Shown here one piece after another: positions 39,563 to 53,600 of a stretch of DNA of 64,000 nt. The first letter of the stretch is position 1; the number at the start of each line of letters is the position of its first letter. Position numbers and translations under genes: made by a program. The notes beneath the pieces are model-generated. The model was not told the DNA's origin. It was given only the letters and a program-made list of their open reading frames with translations, and searched no databases. The stretch comes from Anolis carolinensis (taxonomy: Eukaryota): contig NC_085841.1 in the NCBI RefSeq assembly GCF_035594765.1, positions 100,797,574-100,861,573 on the forward strand. Reading direction: 5' to 3'.

Positions 39563-42500
39563 TGACACAACCTACTTCACAAGGTTGTTGTGATGATAAA
39601 TAAGGGGTGTCTCAAGTAGGTTAAGATATTTTGAATTCTTTGTCATAGAACTTTAGTAGTTCCTCTCAGTATTCTGTAAGATCCAGGCATAGCAAGTAAA
39701 GTGGATTCAGACAGCTATAATTGTGCAATATAAACAAGACCTCAATATTTTCGTGTTAGGGAAGAAAACATTTTGCACAATGTTTCATTCCCAATTGAAA
39801 TAAAGAAAATGGGGGCTACAAGTCTCTAATTAGAGATAGAGATCTTCCTATTGAGAGGATAGCGGTAAAACTTTCCTTTATATATTCAAGAATGAAGCAA
39901 TAGTCTATAACATTTAGTTTTCATTCAGAAATCTTTCCATACCTCATCAGCAGCCCATGCTGCTTTTAGTTACAGGTAACTACATATTTTGTGCTGTTTG
40001 CTTCCCTCAGGTGAGATGAAAGAATAAATTCTAACCTTTATGCCCATACTTCGTGTGGGTTGCACCATAGGGCAAAATGCAGCCTGTTGAATAGCCACAA
40101 GGAGTAAGTTTTTATGAGTGATTTGGCAAGCGAGAGCAATCTGCAAATTTTCCATTCCACAAGGATTCAGTAAGATCTGAAGAATAAGCAAAAAAAGACA
40201 AGCTATTACACAACCACTATGGGAAGTTTCACAATTCTTGTGTGTTTGTCATTGATAAGCTTGACAAAGAATATAATATTTTTGTGTTAATTCAGAGAGA
40301 TGATCCTGTTCCATATGGAATCTAGAATGATAATTAAGTACAATACAAAGCAATAAAAAGTTTTAACATATATGACAAGGAATTAGAATTATGTGAAATA
40401 GTTCAGCCCACAGTTAATTCTTAGTTCAAAATATAATTGTAACTTTCTGAACAGAGCCTACAAAGAATAGGCATATACATGTGTGTATGTCCTAGAGGAC
40501 CCCATGAAATGGTCAGTGGACTACCCCTAAACAGCGGGTAAGGACTTTATTGTACAATGTCATGTGCTACCCATTACTGTTCCATCAGCTCCTTGCAACA
40601 AACCTGTCCCCTGATCACGCCACAGTGCCCCAACATGTGTGATGATCTCCTCCTAAGCACAGAAGTGATATCAGGGGGAGGATTATCCTATTATGCTATC
40701 CCCCTCTCGCCCACTTATAGTTTATATATTTCGTATCAAAAGCATTGCATAAATTAATATAAAATGGATAGAAATACAAGGAGCACACGTGGCTAAATAT
40801 CTTTTGACCAAAAACGGGCAACAGTGATCGCATTGTCTGTAGCCTCAAACAATTTGTCCTCTGTACACGAGGCAGGACACTGCGGACAAGCATGCAGATG
40901 TGGAGTTATCTGTTCTGCTCCACAGTCACAGTAATTAAAAGAGATTTTTTTTTAAAAAAAACACAAATAACTAAACTTAGCAGAAACTGCAAAAATAAGT
41001 TTTGAAAATCATTCAGCTATACAACGATGGCCATGGGACCAAAGAGCATCAAAGTGCCACAGCTGCAACAGTCCAGAGAGTAGTGATAACAAGTGTGTCT
41101 GTCCCATAAAGTTTTCAGGATCAGTGATTGCACAAATGCTGTGGGAAGGTGGTTTCATGCAATGAAGTCCTAAGAAGGTCATTTACTGATATAACAATGG
41201 AGTATTTGCAATGTGAAATCCATCAAGCAGTACAGAGACAAAACAGCAAAATCAGTGATTGACTGAACTCATGCTGGACACCAAAGATCATAGGCCTGAA
41301 GTGCTATTCCCACTGTTAAGTCCAGCCTGTGTCTTCTCTAGCTTGCACTTCTCATCAGCTGCATGTACAATACATCCCACTGCTACTATGCAGTTGTCAA
41401 GTTGCAGTTTTTCTACAATAACGGAAATACTGCTTGTTCCCATACACATCTGGATGAACAAAAACAAAACTCAAAGCAAAGGGTGTGCTAAAATATAATA
41501 CTTAAGACAGTGTTCAAGTTGAATGGAGAAAAAACAATTCAGGCACCTGAAAAATGCTTTCTCTTGTGCGAAAACTAAATTTGCCAATTTGATTGTCAAT
41601 GTCCTGGATGCTTAACATTAAAGTGGACGGAATATATCTGTAAGAGAGAGAAATGCTTCTTAGCTATTAAAACACAAATGCAAACGTATCCCATCTGGCA
41701 ATTAAAAGAAAACATTTTACTGGCTTTCAGTCTATCATCTGTTTATTTCCTTACTGCAAAGGATTACAGATTTCATTCTTTAAAAAAACATCCAATCATA
41801 TAACTGGGGAGTTGTGAATAAAAATACTTGAAAATGCTAACTATATAAGCAGTAATTTTAAAAGGCGCAACATGGCTTATCTTTTACAAAGAGGAGCAGT
41901 TTGAGATGACTGGTATAAATTAAAACATCTATTTCTGTACACTGCTGCAATTTTTTGATGTGTACCTGTAAAAGATCACACACTGTACAAAAGCAACCCT
42001 TCCCAACCTGAAAATCACAGATCTTGGCAAACAGACTTTATTTCTGCCTTTAGTACAAGGAGTCAAGTAGAGGCAGGCAAGGCCCTTGAATTTATCAAGA
42101 ACAGATGGAAAGTTCAGAGTCACCATGACCTGACATAGCATGTGGGTAGAGCACATCTAAGTGCTGTGTGTATCTCCCAACAACTGAGACCTGGAAGGCT
42201 GCCTGGGAAAGGTGCCAGCAGCAACCGTTTCTACTGTGTTCACATGTGTGTAAAGCATTCATATCCTGTCCTCTTAAGATTACTCATAAGGCCAGAATTG
42301 GCAGCTCCAGCCTCAGCAAGGTAATAACTAAACTGGAATAAATATTCAGGTATCAGCATGAACATATGGTATATTGCCACCTAGGAAATACAGAGATAGT
42401 CTACTGCCTTTGAATCTGGCACTGCACTCTTTTTCTACGCACAGCACACTTTCTAACTGTATACTTTTTCTACAATTTTCCTTAATTGCATCCTGTTGTG

Positions 42501-44811
42501 AAATTACAACAATGATATTGGGTTTAATATTATTACTTTTGAAAACATGAAAATATAGTCTACGGTTTCTTTATATCAATGTCTGAAATCAGAAAAAATG
42601 TAAGACTAACTGAAAAATAGTAAGACTGATTGCAAGTAGCTCACAATGGTTGAGCCACTGTGGAGGGCTAGGAGGCTACATCCAGGAGACCTTGGAGCAG
42701 TGGTTCTCAACCTGTGGGTCCCCAGATGTTTTGGCTTTCAATTCCCAGAAATCCTAACAGCTGGTAAACTGGCTGGGATTTCTGGGAGTTGTAGGTCAAA
42801 ACACCTGGGGATTCACAGGTTGAGAACCACTGCCTTAGAGGGTTTTGCATCTCTGCAAAAACCTTTGTTAAATGTTTGTCTTCACACACTTCCAAACATC
42901 CTGGATGGAGGCAGTGAGGTCATTTTCACTATGTTTTGGGGATATCCTGGGCCATTATAGGCCCAGGAAAGAGACAGGAAGCCACTTTCCTATTCGTATT
43001 TTTAAAAGGCATTTCCTGGACTTAATTTGGCCCAGAGGGGCACATAGCCCACAACTGGACTTTGGCCATCCCGGTTCTATACAAAACGGTATATAGTGCA
43101 CTACAAGTTAATCTGGAGCACGACATGTCAAACATGGTGATATACAACATTACTGAAATACCCACAAAGCCCTGTCTTACCTATCAACACTACTGTCCTG
43201 GTGTTCAAGAGAAGTAATAAATGTTGCTGCAAGCTGATCTGTTTTTTCATTGTGAGTTGCAAATTCAAAATACACAGGTCTTAAGTACAGATGGAACTCG
43301 TCAAAACCCATTTCTCCTGCAAATTCCTTGTACAGTCTGAAAGAAAAAAGAATACGTCTTAAGATATATATATCATTATACCTTAGTATGACTTTTAAAC
43401 TCAGGACACATATATGTATGCACTGTACATATTCAATTCATATTCTGTCTTTCTCCTAACATGGCATTCAAGATTCCTGACAACAAGTCCCAACTAGAGC
43501 ATCTCTATTCAATCAATCATTGAATGAAGAATCAACTCATAGGTAATTTCCACTGATTCAATGAGCCCATTCTAATCATGACTAAAATTGGATTATGTGC
43601 TTAATTAATTAACTTTGCAACAATTATCTGACCACCATTAGTGTCAGAAGCCCTCTGCCCTTACTTTATTTAGCACGTTTAATATGTATACATTATTGTT
43701 GTTTCCTTAACCAATAATTGTTTGCTATACTGTTTGAGCTGGTGATCATGTGGTCCTCCAATCATTGTTAGACAACAAATCTTTTCATTGTCACTTGGAA
43801 TCCCAGTACAACTAGAGGGATGTGATTTTCTCCATTCATGTACAGATAATGGAGTTTTATATAGTGCCTGGATAAATGATGGAGGGAAGGGAATAGATAT
43901 CCCTACCAAGTGGGTAATAGCTGAAGAAGCCATATTGGTCATTAGTGACTTGGAATGACTCAAGAGAGCAGAGATCCACATTAACAAGAGTTCTAATGTT
44001 GCAGGGAACCCAGATATTAACATCCAGTATGAGTCCTGTGTCTGCAGGAGACATGTTTCAAAAACCTCTGTGGTTATATGAAGCCTATATTTTGACTACA
44101 CTTGGGAGGGAAATATACCATAGGATTGCACTGGAGGACCTGAGAGACCCACAAACACATTCGGGAGAGGGGGATGTTTTTTGGAACATGGGTAAGTAAA
44201 ACCATAGATATGGGGATAAGGAACTCGTTTGTTGTTGTTTATTCGTTCAGTCGCTTCTGACTCTTCGTGACCTCATGGACCAGCCTACCTCAGAGCTTCC
44301 TGTTGGCCGTCGCTGCCCCCAGTTTCTTCAAGGTCAAGCCAGTCACTTCAAAGATACCATCCATCTTGCCCTTGGTCATACTATATAGCAGGGGTCCCCA
44401 AACTAAGGCCCGGGGGCCGGATGCGGCCCTCCGAGGTCATTTACCTGGCCCCCGCCTTCAGTTTTATAGTATAATATTAATTGTAATATTGATAATAATA
44501 TTATAATGTAATACAATATAACACTAATAATAATACCATATAATAATATTAATTATATATTCTATATTACATATAATATTACTAATAATATTACAGTATA
44601 GTAGTATAGTTCAATATAGTAATATATAATGCTAATATTGTGCTATGCTAATAATATAATATATTGTATGTACATATAATTTGTAAGCCACTCTGAGTCC
44701 CCTTTGGGGTCAGAAGGGTGTGATACAAATGTAGTAAATAAATGCAGTAAATAAATAAATAATAAATTTTAGACTTAGGGTCACCCAAAGTCTGAAATGA
44801 CTTGTAGGCAC

Positions 44812-44845
<34 letters not shown>

Positions 44846-44969
44846 CCATAATTAACTTGACTATCTCATTGGCCAGAAGCAGGACCACACTTCCCATTGA
44901 AATCCTGATCAATGTATGTTGGTTAAAATTGTTTTTATTTTTAAATATTGTATTGTTCTTTCATTGTTC

Positions 44970-45002
<33 letters not shown>

Positions 45003-47590
45003 TTGCACTACAGATAAGACATGTGCAGTGTGCATCGGAATTTGTTTGTATTTTTTTTTTTCAAATGATAATCCGGCCCCTCAACAATCTGAAGGATTGT
45101 GGACCGGCCCTCGGCTTAAAAAGTTTGAGGACCTCTGCTATATAGTAATGTATTCCCCATCCCCCCCTCCAACATGAAAATAGTTTAGGGCAAGCCCTAG
45201 CTTGCCTCTCATAGAGCGGCAGTCGGGAATGGCTGGGCCTCCGGATGGTCCCATAAGTCCTGATGCAGACCACTAACAAGTGACGGGTGATGAAATCCAC
45301 AACAAAAGGGCACGGTTTCTCCATCCCATCATAAAGGGTTCAACAGAATACACTACATCCCCAATACTAACCTGCCCATCTGTGCACTCTCCATTGCTGC
45401 CTCTGCCAATCGATGGCGGAGGACTAGAAGTTCAAGAAGCCTTGAGAAGATGTTCAGAATTAACATTTGTTTTTCTTTATTCCCTTTATTCTGTTCCTCC
45501 TTTGCTACTGACTTCAGTGCTGAAACAGCAATCTCCCTTACAAGAGACGGATCTTCAACCAGAACCCCTGAAAATAGCTACCAAGGAAACATTTACTTAT
45601 AAACTTTCAGTACAAAGAATGCAATAAATTGTGTTGTTGATTTTATGACAGCCATTAAATTGGTCACACTGTTACATCTTAACCTGGAAATACTTCTGTG
45701 AAAGTCAGACTACATTTTATTTTATCAATATATAAAACGGGCCTTTTTGTCACATCATCCTTTATACCTTTTCATGCTTTATATTAAAATATCAGTGAAA
45801 AATATTAGGTCTGGAAACATTTTTATGTAACTCACAATAGCACCTGTTATAAAGAAATACCTGCTTGAATTTGTTTTCTACTGTTGTTCCATATATATTA
45901 AAATAAAACACAATTGGATGTCATGTATTTCTGCTGAAAAGCTTGACAAAACGTTAAAAAAATTAAAACCAAATGAGCAGCAAGCAGAAGACAGCAGGTA
46001 ATATAAAAAACAAATACAGTAGTAAAGAAGAATTGGCTAGAAAAACAAGTTTGTCAACATCCTTAAGGCCAAATGCCTGCTAATCTGGTCAGTTTTTGCT
46101 TTATTTTGAGTGGAAGGACAGCAGGGAGGAGGAGGAAAAGAACTGAAATTGGGCATTTAATTAAATAACTGCAGCAAAAGAAAAAGCCCGGTTATGTGCC
46201 TGAGACCAAACTTGAACTAACAGTGGAACATAAAGTAGGGAATCAAATTATCCATGAAAGCAAAGTTAAAAACTTGTCATTATACTAGATTTCCTTTGAC
46301 CAGAAGTTAGCCACTTCAAGTGCCTCTGGTATCGCTGTGAGAAGGTCCTCCATTGCGCATATGGCAGGACTCAGACCACATTGTAGTAAGTGGCCTGTGG
46401 TTTGCTCTTCTCCACACTCAAGTCGCAGACTCCACTTTGTAGCCTCATTTCCTAAGATTGGCTTTTCATCTCGTGGTGCCAGAGCGCAGTCTGTTCAGCG
46501 CCTTCCACATCGCCCAGTCTTCTGTGTCCAGGAGGGAGTTTCTCATCTGTATCAGCCATGCATTGAGGTTCCAGGTTTTAGCCTGCCACTTTTGGACTCT
46601 CGCTTGCTGTGGTGTTCCTGTGAATATCTCTGTGGATCTTAGGAAGCTGTTTCTTGATTAAAGGCATTGGCTTGCTGGCTGATATCTGAACAGAGGTTGG
46701 GCCAGGGATGTCAATGCCTTGGTCCTTTCATTACAGGCTGCAACTTCCCAATGGATGTCAGGTGATGCAATACTGCCTAAGAAGGATAATGTTCCAGTGG
46801 TGTAGGGCCCAGAAATCTATGATGATGCGGCACGTCTCATTAAGAGCCACATTCACTGTTTTAAGGTGGTGAAATGTATTCCACACTGGGTATGCATACA
46901 CAGCAGCAGAGTAGCAAAGTGCAAGGATAGATGTTTTCACTGTGTCTGGTTGTGATCCCCAAGTTGTGCCAGTCAGCTTTCATATGGTATTATTTCTACC
47001 ACTAACTTTGTGCTTAATAGTCAGGCAGTGCTTCTTGTAAGTCAGAGCACAGTCTAGAGTGACTCCCAGGTATTTTGGTGTGTTGCAATGCTCTAGTGGG
47101 ATTCCTTCCCAGATAATCCTCAGGGCTTGAGATGCTTGTCTGTACTTAAAATGAAAAGCACACATCTGTGTTTTAGATGGATTAGGAATCAGCTGGTTTT
47201 CATGTAACAAGCAGTAAGAGAACCTAACGCTTTGGAGTGCTTCTGTTCAATCATTTCAAAGCTCCCTGTTTGAACGGTGATGGCACAATCATCAGCATAG
47301 ATGAAACTCTCTGTCCCTTCTGGCAGTGGCTGGTCATTTGTGTAAATGTTAAACCAATAGTACCAGTGAAGAAACACTTACTACACTGATTGAGTTCTGC
47401 AACAGGAAGTACTTTGTGGTAACATGACTTCTGAGCAAGGGTAGTGAACATGTTGGGCAGCAATTCCCATCGGTGCTAGGTCCTTTTTTCTTTTTTGCTT
47501 TTATAGCAAAATAGAGGTGAAATAGTTCTGGCAAGGAGGAGAGTTTTTTGCATACTACAGAAATCAGTTTCTTTCTTTCTTTCTTTCTTT

Positions 47591-47650
<60 letters not shown>

Positions 47651-50600
47651 TTTTGTATGAAAGATCACTTTCAAGTATCCCAGTTAGAGATCCATTAAAT
47701 GTTGCTCTCCTGTGACAACTGAAATCTAACTATGCTAAATGGTGAAGCTAACCTAGATTAAATATAAATTACATAGCAGTATGTGTTATTTATTTCAAAA
47801 CAATATTAATTCACCATAAAATTTTGAAGAGCAAGACAAGCATACTTCCTTCTGTGTTTGAGAGCCATAGAAAGACCCAGGACTTTCCAGGGTCAGCCAT
47901 GTATCCAGAGCAAGATGAAGTACTTGCTTGTCCAGTTGAATTGCCTCTTGGGCTGTCTTTGGCCTACAGATTTGCTGGAACTCTTGGAAGATATGACCCA
48001 AAGCTTTTGGGATTAAAGATATCAGGCCAAGGGATGGGTGAAACTCCAACAAATAGATGTGCTTCAAAGCTGTGCTTTAAAAAGAAGGGGAAAGATAAAA
48101 GAATGATGAAAACTTATGATGATGAAATAGAGGGGAGCTCTTGTTTTTTTAAAAAAAGTCAAGAGGATCTTCATAGTCAAGATAGAAATTTTTTATCATG
48201 TCAGAAGCGACTTAAGGCAAGTCTGGTGTGAGAGAATTGGCCATCTACAGAGAAAGTACCCAGGGGATGCGCAGATGTGTTATCATCCTGTTGAGAGGCT
48301 TTTCTCATGTCCCCACAAGCTAGAGTTGACAGACGGGAGCTCACCCTGTCTCATGGATTCGAACCGGAAACCTTCAGGTCAGCAACCCAACCTTCAGGGT
48401 CAGCAGTTCAGCCAGCACAAACCTATTGTGCCACCATGGCAATGATAGCAATAATGAACAAGGAAACCCAAAGAATAAAATAAAAGTTATTAGGTATCCT
48501 TCACTTCATATACAGCGAAATAACTGTGATGTTTTTAATTGGACTAATCATGTCATTGTAGATTTTTTTTAAAAGAACACCCAAATTTTGGTATTACAGA
48601 GACTTTATTTTTATCAACCAGAAATGAATAATTGTCAACCCAGATATTATGCATGCATATGTACTGGTGTAAGATACAAATAATTACATGCATACCTGTT
48701 TCTATGTTTGTGTTGGGAAAATAATTAGTTTTTAAATTTTTAGTTAGGCATGAGAAATAGAAATGCTGCAGCTTATTGCTTACGAACTACTCAGCTACCT
48801 GAACTTAATGAGCTTCCTAAAATAGAGTCACTATAATTATATTATATTGGCAGAGAAACAAATATTACTCACTGGCTGTTATTAACTGCAATTAATTGTT
48901 TTGGAACAACATATGGGGGGAAACCAAATTCTTGGATGCCACCTTTGGGTCCATCACGCCAAATCTTATGGTTATAATCACGCTGCGTATCTATCTGAAA
49001 ATCAACAGGCAAAAATTTTCTACAAAATATAGAGATTGCTGCAATTTTTTAGGACACGTGCTTAAATAATGTATCAATGGCATTACAAGTATTGTAGATA
49101 CAGGTGATGTGCTGGCACAATGGTCAAGAATGAGGTAAATATTTTTACACAATGTACATGTTTTGAAAATTAGATTCACATATAATAATATGCAACTTGG
49201 ACCATTACGTTTTTCAATTACAATCGTAACATGTATGGCTGAATAGTTCCTTGGAGAACTGGTACCAAAATTACCCATGTCACACAACATTGTCAAAGGC
49301 CCACCCAACTGGCCATGCTGACTGGGACAGCTTGCGAACTTCAGTTCCCCCAAATAAACTTTACCAAGCTCTGACCTGGTACAACCTCGGTTGCAATGAG
49401 CGTTTGTTGTCCTGCGCATAACTCCAAGTCTGCTCACCTGCTGGTTCAATATATCCCTCACCAGCTGTGTGTGAAGCCTTAGGCAAGCACACTCGTCCTT
49501 ATAGAGGTTCACAAAATATCCAAGGTGGAAATCAATTCGAGAGCGTCTAGACATGACATCGGTTATTGCTTGGGCCAAAGTAAATCTTTCTTCCAAAACT
49601 AAAGCATGTTGGTATGCTTCAAAGTAACTATCCAGGAGCTGAAAAGATGTTTAAAACAAAGAAAAGTTTATTTCTTTGTATTTTTTATACCACTTCCTAT
49701 TAATTTTATATAATAATGATAACATTATTTCAGGATGAAAGAAATACTTAGGAAGTTTGAAATAAATACTTTGGGAGTTTGCCAGTTCTTTGCCCAGCAT
49801 TTTCTTTATATTAAATGTCTATACAGGTCCATAGCCCAAATAGTTGCTTAGAGTTTTTTTAAAAAAAGGTTAAACACACTCACACAGATTTTGTCATATC
49901 TGAACCAGTCCTACACTCAGAGCCTCATCACATTACAATGTCATAGCACTATTATTCCACTTTAATATCATGGTAATCATGGTAATTATGGAATACCTTA
50001 TGGAATTCTGGGATTTGCAGTTTAGGGGGGATGTTGACAATCCTCAGTCTGAGAGCTCTTAAAATCATAGACATGGAAGAGATCTTCCAAGGGCCATCCA
50101 GTCCAACTCCCTGCCATTCAGGAAAAGCCCAATCAAAGCACCCCCAACTGATGGCCATCCAGCCTCTGTTAAAAAACTTCCAAGGGAGGAGCTTCCACCA
50201 CACTCCGAGGCAAAGAGTTCCCCTGCTGAACAACTCTTACAGTCAGGAAGATCTTCCTAATGTTCAAATCTCCTTTCCTGTCATTTGCTCTGAGTCCTAG
50301 TTTCCAAGGCAGCAAAAAGAAAAAAACAAACAACAAAGCCTGCTCCCTCTTCCTTCCACATATTTAAGACGCTCTTCACAGAACATGGTCTCCAGACTTT
50401 AGATCTTTGGGTCTCAATAACAAACGCCATATTTCCAGAGAATGTTGCCATGTAGTTTTGCAATGGCTGCAAGTATGCTTCCTGTCAAAATTCAAGGGGC
50501 TTGTCATTTAAAGCCCTACTTTAAAAATAAATAAAGGTCTTGACAAAAGTACAGCAGGCAAAGAGCCTTGGCATACATCCTAACCACCTTTTGGCTTTAA

Positions 50601-53600
50601 TTGCTCAATTTAAAAATATATAGAAATTTGAGGAGAGCTTTGGAGGAAAAAATCTGCAAAGAAACAGAACAGTTTGCTTCTTCACAAATGTAAAAAGGAC
50701 AGCAAATTGGATGAAGACTCTTCTGTCCAGCATCAAGTGCAACTGACCATAGCCTGTCTTGCCCAGAAAGGGATGCACTTGGCAGATCAACCAAAGGTGA
50801 TCAAAGGCACAACAGGCAATTGATCTCACCTGTGCCTCTATAAATAACATTAGGTCCAAGTGGCCCTCAAGCTGTGCACTTAGTCCCTACCCTTCTGGGT
50901 TTTTTTGTGATGTTGAATTAAATTCCATTGTGAAATGCTAACAACAGCTTTTTGCCTATGTAGATATGTACAGTTCTACATACAATTATACCCAATAATA
51001 CACACACAAACACCCACACATACACATGCTGCTCACACGTATGTATACCTGCCGTTTATTTTCCAAGAATCCTGTTTCACAAGTCCAAAGGTCAAGCAGC
51101 ACTGCAAACCGATCCACTGACCCATGTGGCCACCCTGAATTCTTGTTGGAATTACTGCTGGATTTCTGGCCTTGGAAATAAAAAAAATTGCACAACAGAT
51201 ATTGCCAAGGAAACAAATATTCAAGCAGCCACAAAACCTACTGCTGAGGATCCTCAATTGATCTGGGTAGGCTTTCTTTCTCCAAGGTCTGTGTTTTAAT
51301 TTGGCAGAAGGTCTCTCTGCTTCACACAGCCCAATAGTAGCCAACACACATAGAAGTTTCTTCAAGTGTTTCACCAAAGTCTGGATGATAGCTGGAGTCC
51401 CTAACATGACATCTGCAGATCCCACCAACACCTCCATCTGAAACTGTATCTTGCCAATTCAAATTGCCTCCTTTCAGAACAGGAAAAGAGAACAAGTGTT
51501 TCTTGTAAGTGATGGTAGCCAGGACCAATCTGTGAGTTGCGGGTTGCAACAAGAAGCACCCATGAAGGCGAGGGGGAGTGGCAAGGGATTCGAAGGGTAG
51601 CATTTCACCTGTAAGTGTGGTATCTCAGATGTGTTTTCTGTGTGTGACCTTTATGTGTGCCTTCAATCTAGGGTTGCCAGATGAAATATAGAACAGGGGT
51701 CCTGTACATTTATTGGTTGTGTAGAAGAAGACATTTCGCAGGTGCCACTTGCATGATAAGTGATCAATACTTGCTGGAATTCCCTCTTGTACGTTAACTG
51801 TTAAGGGTGCAGGAGCCCAGCCCTTATTACATCTGGCAGCCCTACCTGAATCCCATTGGTGGTCTGAGAATAGACTTATTCGATCCATTGACCACATTTG
51901 GACTGTGTCATTTTCTACACTGTTGCAGTGAAGAGATTACAGAAATAATAAATGTACCACCACCTTACCTCTTTCCCTTTCGATGTACTGGGTTGCCACA
52001 AGCAAAAGCTGTTCTTCTAGCTCTTTCAGGTCTTGGAGGGCTACATCATATATTACAAAAGCCCCCCTTTGGTCCTGTGTGTGAATGTACAAGTCTTCTA
52101 CTGTGTAAAAGTCGTCATGATTTTCTACTTCTGCAAACTCCATGAACTGTACACTGTGAACCTACAAAACATATTTTTAAGAGAGAAATAAAAGCTGGCT
52201 ACAAAGTGTACTACTAACTAAAACATGTTTGTATTTTTCACATCTTCTTGGCAAATCTCCAGAAATTTGGGAGAAGGTTCTGTTAGTGATGAGAAACAAT
52301 TCAATGATCTTGACTGATAGTGAGTGGAGGAGTTTGAAGATGAGCCTAATGGAGGGTTTGGGTGCAGGTTTGGGTCTGTAAAACAGGAAATCAAAACACA
52401 ACAGAACAACACTTTTGAAAAGATATTATAGTTGCCACATCGCCAACATGTGAATGATAACCAAATATGGAAAGACAAAATGTAGGAAATGTAAATGTTA
52501 TAGTGAAAGTACTTCTTGCTTATTTTTATGTGAACACACTTGTATCTGAATTGCTTTTACATTGTAGACATAATACCCTTATACACAAATGTACAGGGAA
52601 ATTTTGAGTGGCATCCAACCTCTTCATGTAAGCAGAAAGAGGCCACATTTACAGAATGAGAGTTGCATCCATGGAAGGAAAAGGGTACTCTTTTCAGTGC
52701 ATGAGTAGCAACCTGTCTCCTCTTCAGTAACAGCATGCAACAAAGTGTTGTCGAAGGCTTTCATGGCCAGGATCACAGGGTTGTTGTGTGTCTTTCGGGC
52801 TGTGTGGCCATGTTCCAGAAGCATTCTCTCCTGACGTTTCGCCCACATCTATGGCAGGCATCCTCAGAGGTTGTGAGGTATGGAGAAAACTAAGCAAAGA
52901 GGTAAATATATATCTGTGGAAAGTCTAGGGTGAGAGAGGTCAGTGTGAATGTGTGTAGTTAATCACTTAACATTGAAAAGCTTATCTGCTGTCTTCTTCC
53001 TGCCTCTGGGGCATCCTTTGTTTAGAGTCGTTAACTGCCCTAGGTTGATTCATGTCTGGAAATCCTCTGTTTTCAGAGTATTGCTTTTTATTTACTGTTC
53101 TGATTCTTGAGTTTTTTAATACTGGTAGCCAGATTTTGTTCATTTTCATGGTTTCTTCCTTTCTGTTGAAGTTGTCCACATGCTTGTGGATTTCAATGGC
53201 TTCTCTGTGTAGTCTGACATGATAGTTGTTAGAATGGTCCAGCATTTTTGTGTTCTCAAATAGTATTCTGTGTCCAGGCTGGTTCATCAAATGCTCTGCT
53301 ATGGCTGATTTCTCTGGTTGAATTAGTCTGCAGTGCCTTTCATGTTCTTTGACTCTTGTTTGGGCGCTGCGTTTGGTGGTCCCTATGTAGACTTGTCCAC
53401 AGCTGCATGGTATCCGGTAGACTCCTGCAGAAGAGAGAGGATCCCTCTTGTCCTTCGCTGACCGTAGCATTTGTTGAATTTTCTTCGTGGGTCTGTAGAT
53501 GGTTTGTAGGTTGTGCTTCTTCATCAGCTTCCCTATGCGGTCAGTAGTTCCCTTGATGTATGGTAAGAACACCTTTCCTCTGGGTGGATCTTTGTCTTGA

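Noticed and set aside
44648-45177. Poly-T/C/V/L ORFs
   Set aside because: Translations of the (AAC)n and (GTT)n microsatellites within the hAT element.
47382-47554. Apparent exon with a strong gtaagt donor next to the (TTTC)n tract
   Set aside because: Contains an in-frame stop in the needed phase; exons 12 and 13 join directly.
47824-48231. 135-aa plus-strand ORF (similarly 45280-45627 and 51807-52145)
   Set aside because: Antisense to real exons; no independent splice or homology support.
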